From Bacillota bacterium (GTDB taxonomy: Bacteria; Bacillota; SHA-98; UBA4971), in the NCBI GenBank assembly GCA_012689375.1, contig JAAZLO010000050.1, positions 2,538 through 66,537 on the forward strand: a stretch of 64,000 nt of DNA. Direction: 5' to 3'. Below the pieces are notes generated by a model. That model had not been told where the DNA came from. It was given only the letters and a program-made list of their open reading frames with translations, and ran no database searches. A program made the position numbers and the translations under genes. Positions within the stretch are counted from its first letter, which is position 1. Each line of letters opens with the position of its first letter. Below are positions 25,595 to 35,484 of the stretch, piece after piece.

Positions 25595-28261
25595 TTGCAA
25601 GAAAGTTTAGGTATAGACTCGTACAACAGTCATGAACTCCGGGGACTCTTCAAGGATTTCTTTATTAGCAAGAATCACGTTTACTTGCCATCTGCTTCCT
25701 TGGTACCTTCAGACGATCCAACACTTCTTTTGACAGGGGCAGGTATGATACCGTTTAAACCATATTTTCTTGGCACAATAAAACCGGAACATCCCCGGGT
25801 AGTTACGTGTCAAAAATGCATAAGAACACTAGATATAGAAAATGTAGGTATGACTTCACGGCACTTGACATTTTTTGAGATGCTTGGGAACTTTTCTTTT
25901 GGGGACTATTTTAAGAATGACGCTATTACCTGGGCATGGGAATTTATTACGGATTGCCTAAAGTTACCTAAGGATAGGCTGTGGATTACAATATATCTTG
26001 ACGATGATGAAGCCTTTGATATTTGGCATAGGGTAATTGGCATACCAAAGGAGCGTATAGTGCGGTTCGGAAAGGCGGACAACTTTTGGGAGATAGGGGT
26101 CGGCCCGTGTGGCCCGTGTTCAGAGATTTATATTGATCGGGGGGAGGCTTTTGGATGCTCCCGATCTGATTGTGCCCTTGGTTGTGATTGCAATAGGTTT
26201 ATGGAAATCTGGAATTTGGTTTTTATTGAATTTTATTATAATGAGCAAGGAGAATATCGGCCCCTTGAGAAAAAGGGTATTGATACCGGTATGGGGTTAG
26301 AGCGTATTGCAGCTGTTATGCAGGGAGCCCCAACAGTGTTTGATATAGATTCTTTCAAGCCTATGGTTAAAGCAATTGCGGATAATGCGGGGGATTGTGG
26401 TAAGCCGTCCTTAAAACAGAACACGTCATTACGAATAATTGCAGATCATGCCCGCGCCTTTACATTTCTTATTGCTGACGGTGTCCTTCCTTCCAATGAA
26501 GGCAGAGGATATGTATTACGAAGATTATTACGAAGAGCGATACGTCATGCAAAGCTTCTTGGTATTGATAAGCCTTTTATGGTTGATATGGCTGATACGG
26601 TTATATCTGAATTTTCCCCGGTATACCCTGAGCTCTCTGCAGGACAAGATCATATTCGTAAGATTGTCAGATCGGAGGAAGAGCGTTTTCTGAACCGACT
26701 TGATCAAGGTATTGGTATACTTAAAGATTTAATCGAAGAATTAAGAAGTCAGGAGTCGTCGATAATTCCTGGGGCCAGAGCTTTTAAACTTTATGATACA
26801 TATGGATTTCCCCTTGAACTCACAAGAGAAATTGCACAAGAGAGCGGTATATCCGTAGATGAAGAAGGTTTTTCGAAAGCCATGGAAGAACAGCGGGAGC
26901 GCGCCAGAACATCAAGGAATGTTTTAGGATATATGGGGGGCACTCCTACTGTAAAAACAGAGGTTTTGTCTGATCTCACCGTGGAATTTGTAGGATATGA
27001 TACTTTAACAGCTGAATCTCTAATAACCGGTATTTTTCTGGAAAATGAACCTGTTGCATATATTTCATCAGGCGAAGACGGGGAACTCATCTTAGGCAGC
27101 ACTCCGTTTTACCCTGAATCAGGAGGGCAAGTCGGTGATTCCGGGATGATTACAGGGGACGGGTTTAGTGCAAGGGTTAATAATACTGTCAAGATTACAC
27201 CCTCTGTAATTTCACATAATATCACTGTCCTTGAAGGAAAAATAAATATTGGTGATAAAGTTGTGGCTACAGTTGATGAAAAGACCAGATATGCAACGGC
27301 AAGAAACCATACAGCTACCCACCTTATCCATGCAGCGCTCAGGGAAGTCCTTGGCGATCATGTTTTACAGGCTGGTTCGTACGTCTCAGATACAAGACTC
27401 AGATTTGACTTTTCCCATCATTCTCCGGTAAGTGAATCTGAACTTCGTGATATTGAAAATATAATTACAGCATGGATCCTCGCAGATCTTCATGTTGAAA
27501 TAAGGACAATGTCCATATCTGAGGCTAAAAAACTTAATGCCTTGGCTTTGTTTGAGGAAGTGTACAGCAATAGCGTAAGGGTAGTTATAATCGGGGATGT
27601 CAGTGCAGAGTTGTGCGGTGGTACCCATGTAAACAGTACAGGTGGGATTGGCCTGATCAAGATTACATCAGAAAGTCCTGTCGCTGCAGGTATTCGTCGT
27701 ATTGAAGCTGTAAGCGGACATTCTGTTTTGGATTATTTAAGATCCATCGAAACGATACTGGATAATACCGCTGAATCTCTTAAGTGTGTACGTAACGATG
27801 TGCCTGATAGAGTATTAAAGCTGCAGAAGGATGTAAATGATCTGGAACAAACAGTCAATAATCTTATGTTGGAGACAGCTTCATTTAAGATTGATGATTT
27901 GATGGGTAAGGCAACCCAAATTAACGGTGCAAAAATAGTTATAGGCAGAATTGACGGCTTTGACGTGCATGCAATCAGAGAGTTAGCAGACAGAATTAAA
28001 GGAAGACTGAAATCAGGTATTGTGTTGTTGGGGTCCTGTTTTGATGAGAAAGTATTATTTGTGTCAACGGTTACAAAAGATTTAATAGAGCGACAGGTTT
28101 ATGCAGGGGATATTGTGAAAGTTGCAGCAAAAGTCGTCGGAGGAGGGGGCGGCGGAAGGCGCGATATGGCGCAAGCGGGGGGTAAGGATGTATCAAAACT
28201 TAATGATGCGCTGGAAAAAGCCAGGTCTTTTATAGAAAGTCGGTTTGCATCAGAAATATAA
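25595..28261 (+). CDS. alaS: Alanine--tRNA ligase
   Basis: 888 aa with an editing-domain zinc motif and a C-terminal DHHA1 GGGGG box. TTG start with RBS CGGGGGGC. Confidence 0.93.
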   Translation: MQESLGIDSYNSHELRGLFKDFFISKNHVYLPSASLVPSDDPTLLLTGAGMIPFKPYFLGTIKPEHPRVVTCQKCIRTLDIENVGMTSRHLTFFEMLGNFSFGDYFKNDAITWAWEFITDCLKLPKDRLWITIYLDDDEAFDIWHRVIGIPKERIVRFGKADNFWEIGVGPCGPCSEIYIDRGEAFGCSRSDCALGCDCNRFMEIWNLVFIEFYYNEQGEYRPLEKKGIDTGMGLERIAAVMQGAPTVFDIDSFKPMVKAIADNAGDCGKPSLKQNTSLRIIADHARAFTFLIADGVLPSNEGRGYVLRRLLRRAIRHAKLLGIDKPFMVDMADTVISEFSPVYPELSAGQDHIRKIVRSEEERFLNRLDQGIGILKDLIEELRSQESSIIPGARAFKLYDTYGFPLELTREIAQESGISVDEEGFSKAMEEQRERARTSRNVLGYMGGTPTVKTEVLSDLTVEFVGYDTLTAESLITGIFLENEPVAYISSGEDGELILGSTPFYPESGGQVGDSGMITGDGFSARVNNTVKITPSVISHNITVLEGKINIGDKVVATVDEKTRYATARNHTATHLIHAALREVLGDHVLQAGSYVSDTRLRFDFSHHSPVSESELRDIENIITAWILADLHVEIRTMSISEAKKLNALALFEEVYSNSVRVVIIGDVSAELCGGTHVNSTGGIGLIKITSESPVAAGIRRIEAVSGHSVLDYLRSIETILDNTAESLKCVRNDVPDRVLKLQKDVNDLEQTVNNLMLETASFKIDDLMGKATQINGAKIVIGRIDGFDVHAIRELADRIKGRLKSGIVLLGSCFDEKVLFVSTVTKDLIERQVYAGDIVKVAAKVVGGGGGGRRDMAQAGGKDVSKLNDALEKARSFIESRFASEI

Positions 28262-28316
28262 CTATATTAACTTTGTACGGAACCCTTGGTAATCTTAGTG
28301 TCAGGAGTGTGAGGCC

Positions 28317-28574
28317 GTGATGAATGGCTCCTTTGATGAAACCCGAACGTTTCGCATTGTTCCGGAAGAGAAAATTAGCATAAGGCAGGTTCTCATTGAA
28401 GTAAACCATGCATTGAAAGAGAAGGGGTATAACCCTGTAAACCAGCTTGTGGGTTATCTGATGTCAGGGGATCCGACATATATTACGAGCCACAAAGGTT
28501 CCCGTAATCTAATACGGAAGCTTGAGCGTGATGAAATCCTTGAGGAACTAATTAGGTACTACCTTAGCATATGA
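28317..28574 (+). CDS. ireB: IreB-family regulatory phosphoprotein (UPF0297, YrzL-like)
   Basis: 85 aa with the conserved UPF0297 sequence (...[35 protein letters not shown]...). Positioned after alaS and before ruvX, as in Bacillus. Confidence 0.7.
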   Translation: MMNGSFDETRTFRIVPEEKISIRQVLIEVNHALKEKGYNPVNQLVGYLMSGDPTYITSHKGSRNLIRKLERDEILEELIRYYLSI

Positions 28575-29530
28575 ACCCTTCTATCAAAAAAAGGTCTTTG
28601 GGCAGAACAGGTATTATGGTATCACGGCTCTGTTTTGGAACTCTGACAATAGGGCCTCTTCAAGCAAATCTTTCAATTCAACAGGGGGCATCTTTAATCC
28701 GTACAGCCCTGGAAAGAGGCGTAAATTTCCTTGATACAGCTGAACTATATGGTACATACCCCCACATTCGCCAGGCGATTTCTGGTATGTGCCGAAGTGA
28801 TCTGGTGATTGCATCCCGCTCATATGATTATACGTACGGTGATATGAAAAAATCAGTGGCTCATGCCCTCCGATGTATTGGTGTGGATTATTTGGATTTA
28901 TTTTTGTTGCACGAACAGGAATCGGGGCTGACATTAAAAGGTCATGCTGATGCTATCCGCTACTTGAAAGATGCACGTGATGCAGGTATAATTCGGGCGA
29001 TCGGAGTATCGACGCACTATGTTCAATGTGTGAAAGCAGCGGCAATGATACCGGAAATTGATGTTATTCATCCCTTATTAAATTATTCGGGGATAGGGAT
29101 CGTTGACGGAACACCTGAAGATATGGTTTCAGCAATTGAATATGCCCATTTACATGGTAAGGGCATATATTCCATGAAAGCCATCGGGGGTGGTGCTCTT
29201 TACAGAGATGTTCAAGGCGCACTAGAATTTGTTATGAACCAACCATGCATAGATTCAATTGCTGTAGGTATTAAAACCTTGGACGAACTCGAAATGAATT
29301 TAGCTATATTCGAAGGGCGAAAGCCTGATAAGGCCCTTTGTAATCGGACCCGACTCAATAAGGCCTTGATAATAGAACCGTGGTGTACGGGTTGTGGTAA
29401 ATGTGTTACCAGGTGCAGTCAGGGTGCCCTTAAAATTGTTCAAGGACGTGCAGTAGTTGATAAGGGAAAATGTGTGCTTTGCGGTTATTGCCAGGCGATT
29501 TGTCCCGAAATGTGTATGAAAGTGGTTTGA
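28571..29530 (+). CDS. Aldo/keto reductase fused to a C-terminal 2x[4Fe-4S] ferredoxin domain
   Basis: N-terminal AKR TIM barrel with a C-terminal [11 protein letters not shown]...[12 protein letters not shown] ferredoxin domain. The start overlaps the ireB stop (ATGA). Confidence 0.8.
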   Translation: MNPSIKKRSLGRTGIMVSRLCFGTLTIGPLQANLSIQQGASLIRTALERGVNFLDTAELYGTYPHIRQAISGMCRSDLVIASRSYDYTYGDMKKSVAHALRCIGVDYLDLFLLHEQESGLTLKGHADAIRYLKDARDAGIIRAIGVSTHYVQCVKAAAMIPEIDVIHPLLNYSGIGIVDGTPEDMVSAIEYAHLHGKGIYSMKAIGGGALYRDVQGALEFVMNQPCIDSIAVGIKTLDELEMNLAIFEGRKPDKALCNRTRLNKALIIEPWCTGCGKCVTRCSQGALKIVQGRAVVDKGKCVLCGYCQAICPEMCMKVV

Positions 29531-29535
29531 GGCTT

Positions 29536-30045
29536 ATGAGAATAATCGGCCTTGATATCGGTTCTAAAACTATAGGGGTTGCGCTTTCTGACCCTTGCCG
29601 TATCGTCAGTCAACCCTTTTCGGTGATTAAAAGAACGGATATCCGGCATGATATTGATCAGGTCTCTAAAATAGTACATGATAAAGAGGTGTCACTCATA
29701 GTTGTAGGTTTACCTTTGAGGACTGATGGAACCCGCGGAGAAAGTGCCGTGAAAACTATTGAATTTGTAAAAAGGCTAAAAAGGCGTATTTCTGTTCCTG
29801 TAGTCACATGGGACGAAAGATATTCTACAGTGGCGGCAGAACGGATATTAATTACTGCAGATCTGTCTCGACAGAAAAGAAAAGGTGTGATAGACTCAGT
29901 TGCCGCTGCAATAATTCTGGATGGCTATTTACACTATCTTAGGCAGCAACATAGTACTTCTTCGGGTTGCGAATCAAAGGACTTTTCCATGGAAAACATA
30001 GCGATGGATAATGCATCTGAGGATGAATTTAGAACTAAGGAATAG
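29536..30045 (+). CDS. ruvX: Holliday-junction-resolvase-like nuclease RuvX (YqgF)
   Basis: MRIIGLDIGSKTIGVALSD N-terminus, typical of YqgF. ATG 29536 has RBS TGAGG. The ORF track starts at 29470, inside the upstream gene. It carries a ~30-aa C-terminal extension. Confidence 0.85.
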   Translation: MRIIGLDIGSKTIGVALSDPCRIVSQPFSVIKRTDIRHDIDQVSKIVHDKEVSLIVVGLPLRTDGTRGESAVKTIEFVKRLKRRISVPVVTWDERYSTVAAERILITADLSRQKRKGVIDSVAAAIILDGYLHYLRQQHSTSSGCESKDFSMENIAMDNASEDEFRTKE

Positions 30046-30074
30046 GTTTAAGGCTCTGACGAAATGAAAGTGGG

Positions 30075-30446
30075 GTGCTGAAAATGCCCGAGTTAGACGA
30101 GATTGTTACATTGATTTATGATGACGGAGAACAAGAAACTTTTATTGTTGAAGAAATTTTAGAAGTAGAAGAAGAAACTTATGTAGTACTCGTACCGGAA
30201 GAGGTTGACACCGAAATCTCAGACGACATGGAAGTTGATGCGTTTATTTTCAAAGTGGAGGAAAAAGAAAACGGAGAAGAAGTTCTTGTCGAACTCGATG
30301 ATGAAGAGTACGAAAGAGTAACTGAAGTCCTCTGTCAGGAAGAAGATCTGGATGATATTGATTTCGATTTTGATGATGATTTTGATGAAGACGAAGACGA
30401 TCTTTTTTTTGATGAAGATTCTGACGAGGACTTCGACGGGGAATAA
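30075..30446 (+). CDS. DUF1292 (YrzB-like) protein with poly-acidic tail
   Basis: Conserved position between ruvX and mltG. An extremely acidic D/E/F-rich C-terminus follows the conserved N-terminal TLIYDDGEQETF core. Confidence 0.6.
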   Translation: MLKMPELDEIVTLIYDDGEQETFIVEEILEVEEETYVVLVPEEVDTEISDDMEVDAFIFKVEEKENGEEVLVELDDEEYERVTEVLCQEEDLDDIDFDFDDDFDEDEDDLFFDEDSDEDFDGE

Positions 30447-30452
30447 TTAAGC

Positions 30453-31511
30453 GTGTCCTATAAACCCAATCTTAACAGATCCCCACAAGGCACTACGGTA
30501 CGGCGGGGCCCCGGGGCAAAAATCATTTTTCTCAGTATTATGATGTGCCTTATATTTTGGATTATTTTTCTATTGCTTCCTTACGGCCCCGCACATGAAA
30601 TTCAAGTGTCCATAGCTCCAGGGATGAGCTCAGGAGAAATTGCGGGGCTCCTCAGCAAAACCAATCTTATTCAATCACCTGTTCTTTTTCGCATAATAAC
30701 CAAATTGGCTAAGATAGATAATAAGCTTAAGGCAGGGACATATAAGCTAAGCCCAAGAATGGGCGTTTTCGGTATTGTGGAAGCTTTAGCCAAAGGCAAA
30801 GTTGAACTTGTACGATTTACAATTCCGGAAGGGGCTTCTATCGAGGATATTACTAAATTACTTGGAGAAAAGAATCTAATATCACAAGAACGTTTTCTCT
30901 CTTTGGTAAAAGGGGAAGATCAGGATTTTAAGATAATCAAGAGCGGCATAGAGTTTTCCGGTAACCTGGAAGGGTATCTGTTCCCTGATACATATTCGGT
31001 GGAACATAACACTGGTGAAGAAACAATTATAGCCATGATGATCGAGAAATTTGCTCAAACGGTGATACCGGAATGGTTACGGAGTGATGTAGATGAAAAA
31101 GTAAAAACACTGGATCTCCACGAAATTGTTACTCTTGCCTCTATTATAGAAAAAGAAGCAAAGTTTGCCGAGGATAAGCCGTTGATAGCCTCTGTATTTT
31201 ACAACAGGCTGGAATCGAAAATGCCTTTACAATCATGTGCCACAGTGCAGTTTGCTCTTGATTCCCGGAAATCACGGTTATCTCTTGATGATATTAAGAT
31301 AGACTCTCCTTACAATACCTATATAATTTCCGGTCTCCCCCCCGGACCTATTGCTTCCCCAGGGTTGGCTTCAATTCAAGCAGCGCTTGCACCTGCAAAT
31401 TCGGATTACCTATTTTTTGCTGCGAACCAAGAAGGTGGACATATTTTTAGTAAGACATTTAAAGAACATCAAAAAGCTACTGCCCAAATGCATGCGCAAT
31501 TCCATGATTAA
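30453..31511 (+). CDS. mltG: Endolytic murein transglycosylase MltG (YceG family)
   Basis: N-terminal TM and a YceG-like domain with the catalytic-region motif. Follows DUF1292 as in Bacillus (yrrL). Confidence 0.88.
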   Translation: MSYKPNLNRSPQGTTVRRGPGAKIIFLSIMMCLIFWIIFLLLPYGPAHEIQVSIAPGMSSGEIAGLLSKTNLIQSPVLFRIITKLAKIDNKLKAGTYKLSPRMGVFGIVEALAKGKVELVRFTIPEGASIEDITKLLGEKNLISQERFLSLVKGEDQDFKIIKSGIEFSGNLEGYLFPDTYSVEHNTGEETIIAMMIEKFAQTVIPEWLRSDVDEKVKTLDLHEIVTLASIIEKEAKFAEDKPLIASVFYNRLESKMPLQSCATVQFALDSRKSRLSLDDIKIDSPYNTYIISGLPPGPIASPGLASIQAALAPANSDYLFFAANQEGGHIFSKTFKEHQKATAQMHAQFHD

Positions 31512-31574
31512 GCTCATAAATCCTGAGGAATGCTAAGGTTGTATAGCACCATATAGCTTCGGGAGGCCTTTCCT

Positions 31575-33290
31575 TTGTCACAACAGGCCGATTCATATAG
31601 TTTTCGGGCAGGAAATGTAGCATGTTTCTTAGTTATTATTTTTGTCATTCTTATATCCGATCTCATATGGTTACAACTCGTCCGTGGCGAAACCCTGGCC
31701 AAGCAGGCACGGAATCAGCGTATGGAAGTAATCGCCACAATCCCTCTAAGGGGAACTATATATGATAGAAATATGCAGATTCTGGCCGGAACATTCTATA
31801 AACCTGCAGTAATCATTTTTCCCCGGTTCATTGAAAATAAGGACAAAATCATAGCATTCCTTTCATCTGTATTTGACGGGAACATTGCTACCGACAGTAA
31901 TCTCTCACAGCTTTTAGCACAGACTTATATATACATTGATGCAAATAAAATTGCATCGCTGGAACCCGGATTGGAAATACCTGATGATCCCGGTGTTGTT
32001 ATTTTCCGACAACCTATTCGATATGATCCGCAAGGATTAGCCTCTCATATTGTGGGTTATCTCAATGAGCAAGGTACATCAGGGGTATCCGGAATTGAGA
32101 AGGCCTTTGATCCTTGGTTACATAGCGGAAAAAGTGGCATGATAGTATCATTCGTAGATGCAAAACGTGTCCCTTGTAAAGAATTAGGAGTCAGATTCCT
32201 TTTTGATTCCGAACCTTTAAATGATGTGATTCTTACCATTGATCACAGAGTCCAAGAAATTGTTGAAAAGATAATGGATGCCAGAATTCGAAAAGGTGCA
32301 GTTGTTGTCATGGAACCTGACACCGGCCAGGTATTAGCCTTAGCCAGTAGGCCTAATTTTTCACCAAATAATATGGGAAACGCTTTAACAGAACCTATGG
32401 CACCTATGATTAATAGAGCTATCACCCCCTACCGGGCAGGGCCTATATTTAAGATAGCAGTGGCTGCATGCGGCTTAGAAACAGGTATAGTTTCGCTGCC
32501 GGATCGTTTTTACGATCCTGGATTCATTGATGTAGGCACCGAAAGATTTAAGTGCCGTTCATATGAGATCGAGGGACATGGCTCTATTTCTTTCCTAGAT
32601 GCAATGGCACACTCATGTGATTATGTTTTCATAAATATTGCATTGAGGATAGGAGGTAAAACACTTTTAAGTTTTTGTCGGGATCTAGGTTTTGGTACTA
32701 TTACCGGTATCGGCCTGCCTTTTGAACAACCGGGTATGCTGCCGGATGCCTACCATATTTCTCAACAGGATATTATGGGCTTAGCATTAGGGCGGGGTGA
32801 TGTCCTTGTAACCCCTCTTCAGGTAGGTATTTTACTTTCCGCAATAGCAAATGGTGGTAAATTGATCCATCCCGAATTGATCCTGAATATCGACTATAAA
32901 AATATGGAGCCATCCGGGGCTTTTAAGTTTTTTCCGAGTCGGAGGGTGCTATCGCCGGATACATGCAGGCAACTTACATTTATGTTGGAATCGGTTACCA
33001 GATGGGGTACGGGAAAGTCCGGTTGGGTTTGTGAAATTGGATCTTGCGGGAAAACAGGAACTGTCGAAACAGAGAAACCCGATACTAACGGAACATCTGT
33101 GTCCCACGTATGGTTTGGGGGCTTTACCCCGCTTGAAAACCCACGATTTGTCATTGTTATCCTTGTTGAAGACGGGGATTCGGGTGATGAAATAGCAGCC
33201 CCTATTTTTAAAGAAATTGCAGAAAAACTCCTTTTTGAAGTCCCGGATATAGGAGTTGAAACTATGTCACCGGTGTTTTATATGAAATAA
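31575..33290 (+). CDS. Class B penicillin-binding protein (FtsI/SpoVD-family transpeptidase)
   Basis: N-terminal TM, a PBP dimerisation domain and a transpeptidase domain with the KTGT motif. 571 aa with a TTG start. Confidence 0.8.
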   Translation: MSQQADSYSFRAGNVACFLVIIFVILISDLIWLQLVRGETLAKQARNQRMEVIATIPLRGTIYDRNMQILAGTFYKPAVIIFPRFIENKDKIIAFLSSVFDGNIATDSNLSQLLAQTYIYIDANKIASLEPGLEIPDDPGVVIFRQPIRYDPQGLASHIVGYLNEQGTSGVSGIEKAFDPWLHSGKSGMIVSFVDAKRVPCKELGVRFLFDSEPLNDVILTIDHRVQEIVEKIMDARIRKGAVVVMEPDTGQVLALASRPNFSPNNMGNALTEPMAPMINRAITPYRAGPIFKIAVAACGLETGIVSLPDRFYDPGFIDVGTERFKCRSYEIEGHGSISFLDAMAHSCDYVFINIALRIGGKTLLSFCRDLGFGTITGIGLPFEQPGMLPDAYHISQQDIMGLALGRGDVLVTPLQVGILLSAIANGGKLIHPELILNIDYKNMEPSGAFKFFPSRRVLSPDTCRQLTFMLESVTRWGTGKSGWVCEIGSCGKTGTVETEKPDTNGTSVSHVWFGGFTPLENPRFVIVILVEDGDSGDEIAAPIFKEIAEKLLFEVPDIGVETMSPVFYMK

Positions 33291-33356
33291 CCTAAGCGGA
33301 TACAGGCACTTTTCCCCGGATTAATCATATTTATACTAATAAGTCTTTTATCGGGG

Positions 33357-34073
33357 GTGGCTAATCACATGCTGGATCTCTTAATAGGTTCGGCTCTTTT
33401 TCTTCGTGGGCTGTGGTATCTTATATCTTATGTTTCTTCGGGGAATGTTTTCCCACCCCCGCTGTCCGGGAAGGAAGAGGCCGAGGTTTTAACTAGGAAA
33501 GAACTGGGAGATGAAAATGCAAGAAAAATATTAATTGAACGCAATCTGAGATTGGTTGCCCATATCGTAAAAAAATTTGATAGGGTACCGGAAGATCAGA
33601 GTGACCTGATTTCCATAGGGACAATAGGTCTGATAAAAGCAGTAGATACATATAATCAGCATCGTAAAACGAGATTGGCTACTTATGCAGCCAGGTGTAT
33701 AGAAAATGAAATACTCATGCATCTCCGGGCAACAAGGAAAAATCGGGCTGAACTCCTTCTGCATGATCCAATCGGTTCCGATAAAGAGGGTAATGAAATC
33801 ACATTAATAGATGTACTGGGAAGTGATATAGATGAAGTTGCCTTGACTGTTGAGGGCATATTGGAAGAAAGAAAGCTTGCAGAAAAAGTGAATACCTTGA
33901 ATTGTAGGGAAAGAAAAGTCATTGAAATGAGGTACGGACTCAAGGACGGGATACGAAAAACTCAGCGGGAAATTTCAAAATATTTGGGGATTTCCCGATC
34001 GTATGTATCAAGAATTGAAAAACGGGCTATTATGAAGCTCCAAAAAGAAATGGCAGCTGATGGATATAGTTAA
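33357..34073 (+). CDS. sigK: Sporulation sigma factor SigK (pro-sigma-K), uninterrupted
   Basis: Strong match to the conserved SigK regions (ATYAARCIENEILMHLRA, LHDPIGSDKEGNEITLIDVL, ISRSYVSRIEKRAIMK) and to the pro-sequence LISYVSSGNVFPPPLSGKEE. There is no skin-type insertion. Confidence 0.8.
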   Translation: MANHMLDLLIGSALFLRGLWYLISYVSSGNVFPPPLSGKEEAEVLTRKELGDENARKILIERNLRLVAHIVKKFDRVPEDQSDLISIGTIGLIKAVDTYNQHRKTRLATYAARCIENEILMHLRATRKNRAELLLHDPIGSDKEGNEITLIDVLGSDIDEVALTVEGILEERKLAEKVNTLNCRERKVIEMRYGLKDGIRKTQREISKYLGISRSYVSRIEKRAIMKLQKEMAADGYS

Positions 34074-34134
34074 CAGCCTGGGGTATCACCGGACATCTGA
34101 TACAATTTTAAAAGTAGTCTTAGATCCCACACTC

Positions 34135-34662
34135 CTATATTTCTTGGCGGTACTTATTTAAAGCATGCATATAGGCAGAGTATGTAGCGTTATTAAAACA
34201 CACAAACCTTATTTCTTGAATGGATGGGTTAGTCTTTAGAAATGCAGCTACCGTTTTTACAGCAATATATGAGGCATCATTTACGGGATAATTATATGCC
34301 CCGGTGCTGATAGATGGAAATGCCACGGTGTGGATGTTGTGCTTTACAACCAGGCGGAGGGAATTCTTGTAGCAATTGGCAAGAAGTCCGGCTTCACCGT
34401 GTGTGCCCCCGCGCCAAACAGGTCCTACTGTATGAATAACCCAATTAGCAGGAAGGCGGTATCCTAAAGTAATAACTGCATCCCCTGTTTTGCAACCGCC
34501 TATCAGCTTGCATTCTTCCAGGAGCCTGGGGCCTGCTGCCCGGTGTATTGCCCCGTCGACTCCCCCTCCGCCCAGTAATGTGTTGTTAGCTGCATTTACT
34601 ATGGCATCAACATGTTGTTTTGTGATATCCCCCTGGATTACTGAAATTTTATGTATTTCCAT
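34135..34662 (-). CDS. Macro-domain protein (O-acetyl-ADP-ribose deacetylase-like)
   Basis: Macro domain motifs: GDITKQHVDAIVNAANNTLLGGGGVDGAIHRAAG. Confidence 0.85.
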   Translation of the reverse strand: MEIHKISVIQGDITKQHVDAIVNAANNTLLGGGGVDGAIHRAAGPRLLEECKLIGGCKTGDAVITLGYRLPANWVIHTVGPVWRGGTHGEAGLLANCYKNSLRLVVKHNIHTVAFPSISTGAYNYPVNDASYIAVKTVAAFLKTNPSIQEIRFVCFNNATYSAYMHALNKYRQEI

Positions 34663-34794
34663 ACTTCGATTACCTCCTTACCTCCGTTTAAATTTAACTT
34701 CTTCCAGACTTATTCTAAATCCTTCTTAGTTTTTACCTAACCGACAAATGGAGAATACATAACAATTGTCAGGTAACAGACTCACCCGGACTTA

Positions 34795-34823
34795 TTGGAA
34801 CAAGGGCAACAATATGATACAAT
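34795..34823 (+). promoter_or_regulatory. SigA-type promoter upstream of the yqeG-like gene
   Basis: TTGGAA, 17-nt spacer, TACAAT. Confidence 0.4.
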
Positions 34824-34874
34824 ACCTGCATTAGCCATATGTGCGATATTTCGGTTATAATGGGTTCAGGAGGC

Positions 34875-35417
34875 ATGGTTTTGCTATCTAAATTTTGTCC
34901 GGACCTTTATGCAGAATCTCTGCATTATATATGTTTCTCCCATCTCAAGGACATGGGCATAAAAGGGCTCGTAGTTGATATTGATAATACAGTAACAATG
35001 TGGGGGAGTAAAGAAATACCCCCTATAACCCTTAAATGGCTCCGGGATGCGAAGGCCTACGGCTTCCGTACATGTTTACTTTCAAATAATCATGAAACCA
35101 GAATAAAAGATATTTCTGAATTGCTGAATATTCCGTTCGCAAAAGGATTTAAACCTTTTCGATCCGCATTTAGATCCGCCCTTTATATACTTGGTACAAA
35201 ACCAAATGAAACTGCAATAATCGGAGATCAATTGTTCACTGATATCCTCGGAGGAAACCAAGCCGGGTTTTACACCATTCTTGTAAAACCAATATCAACT
35301 ACCGAGTTTATCACTACAAGGTTTGCAAGGAGCCTTGAAAGGACAATTCTACGGAAACTTATATCCCGGGGGTTAATCAATTTTAATCACGGCAGTCCTT
35401 GTAATCCCGCAGAATGA
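34875..35417 (+). CDS. yqeG: HAD-IIIA phosphatase, YqeG family
   Basis: DxDxT motif (VVDIDNTV) and YqeG-like sequence over its length. Start ATG 34875 has RBS AGGAGG. The ORF track starts at 34839. Confidence 0.7.
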   Translation: MVLLSKFCPDLYAESLHYICFSHLKDMGIKGLVVDIDNTVTMWGSKEIPPITLKWLRDAKAYGFRTCLLSNNHETRIKDISELLNIPFAKGFKPFRSAFRSALYILGTKPNETAIIGDQLFTDILGGNQAGFYTILVKPISTTEFITTRFARSLERTILRKLISRGLINFNHGSPCNPAE

Positions 35418-35484
35418 TCTAAAAATCTGGCACAGATTGACTCAAGCGGAATAAAAACTAGAAATATAGCAAGGAGGATATGAT

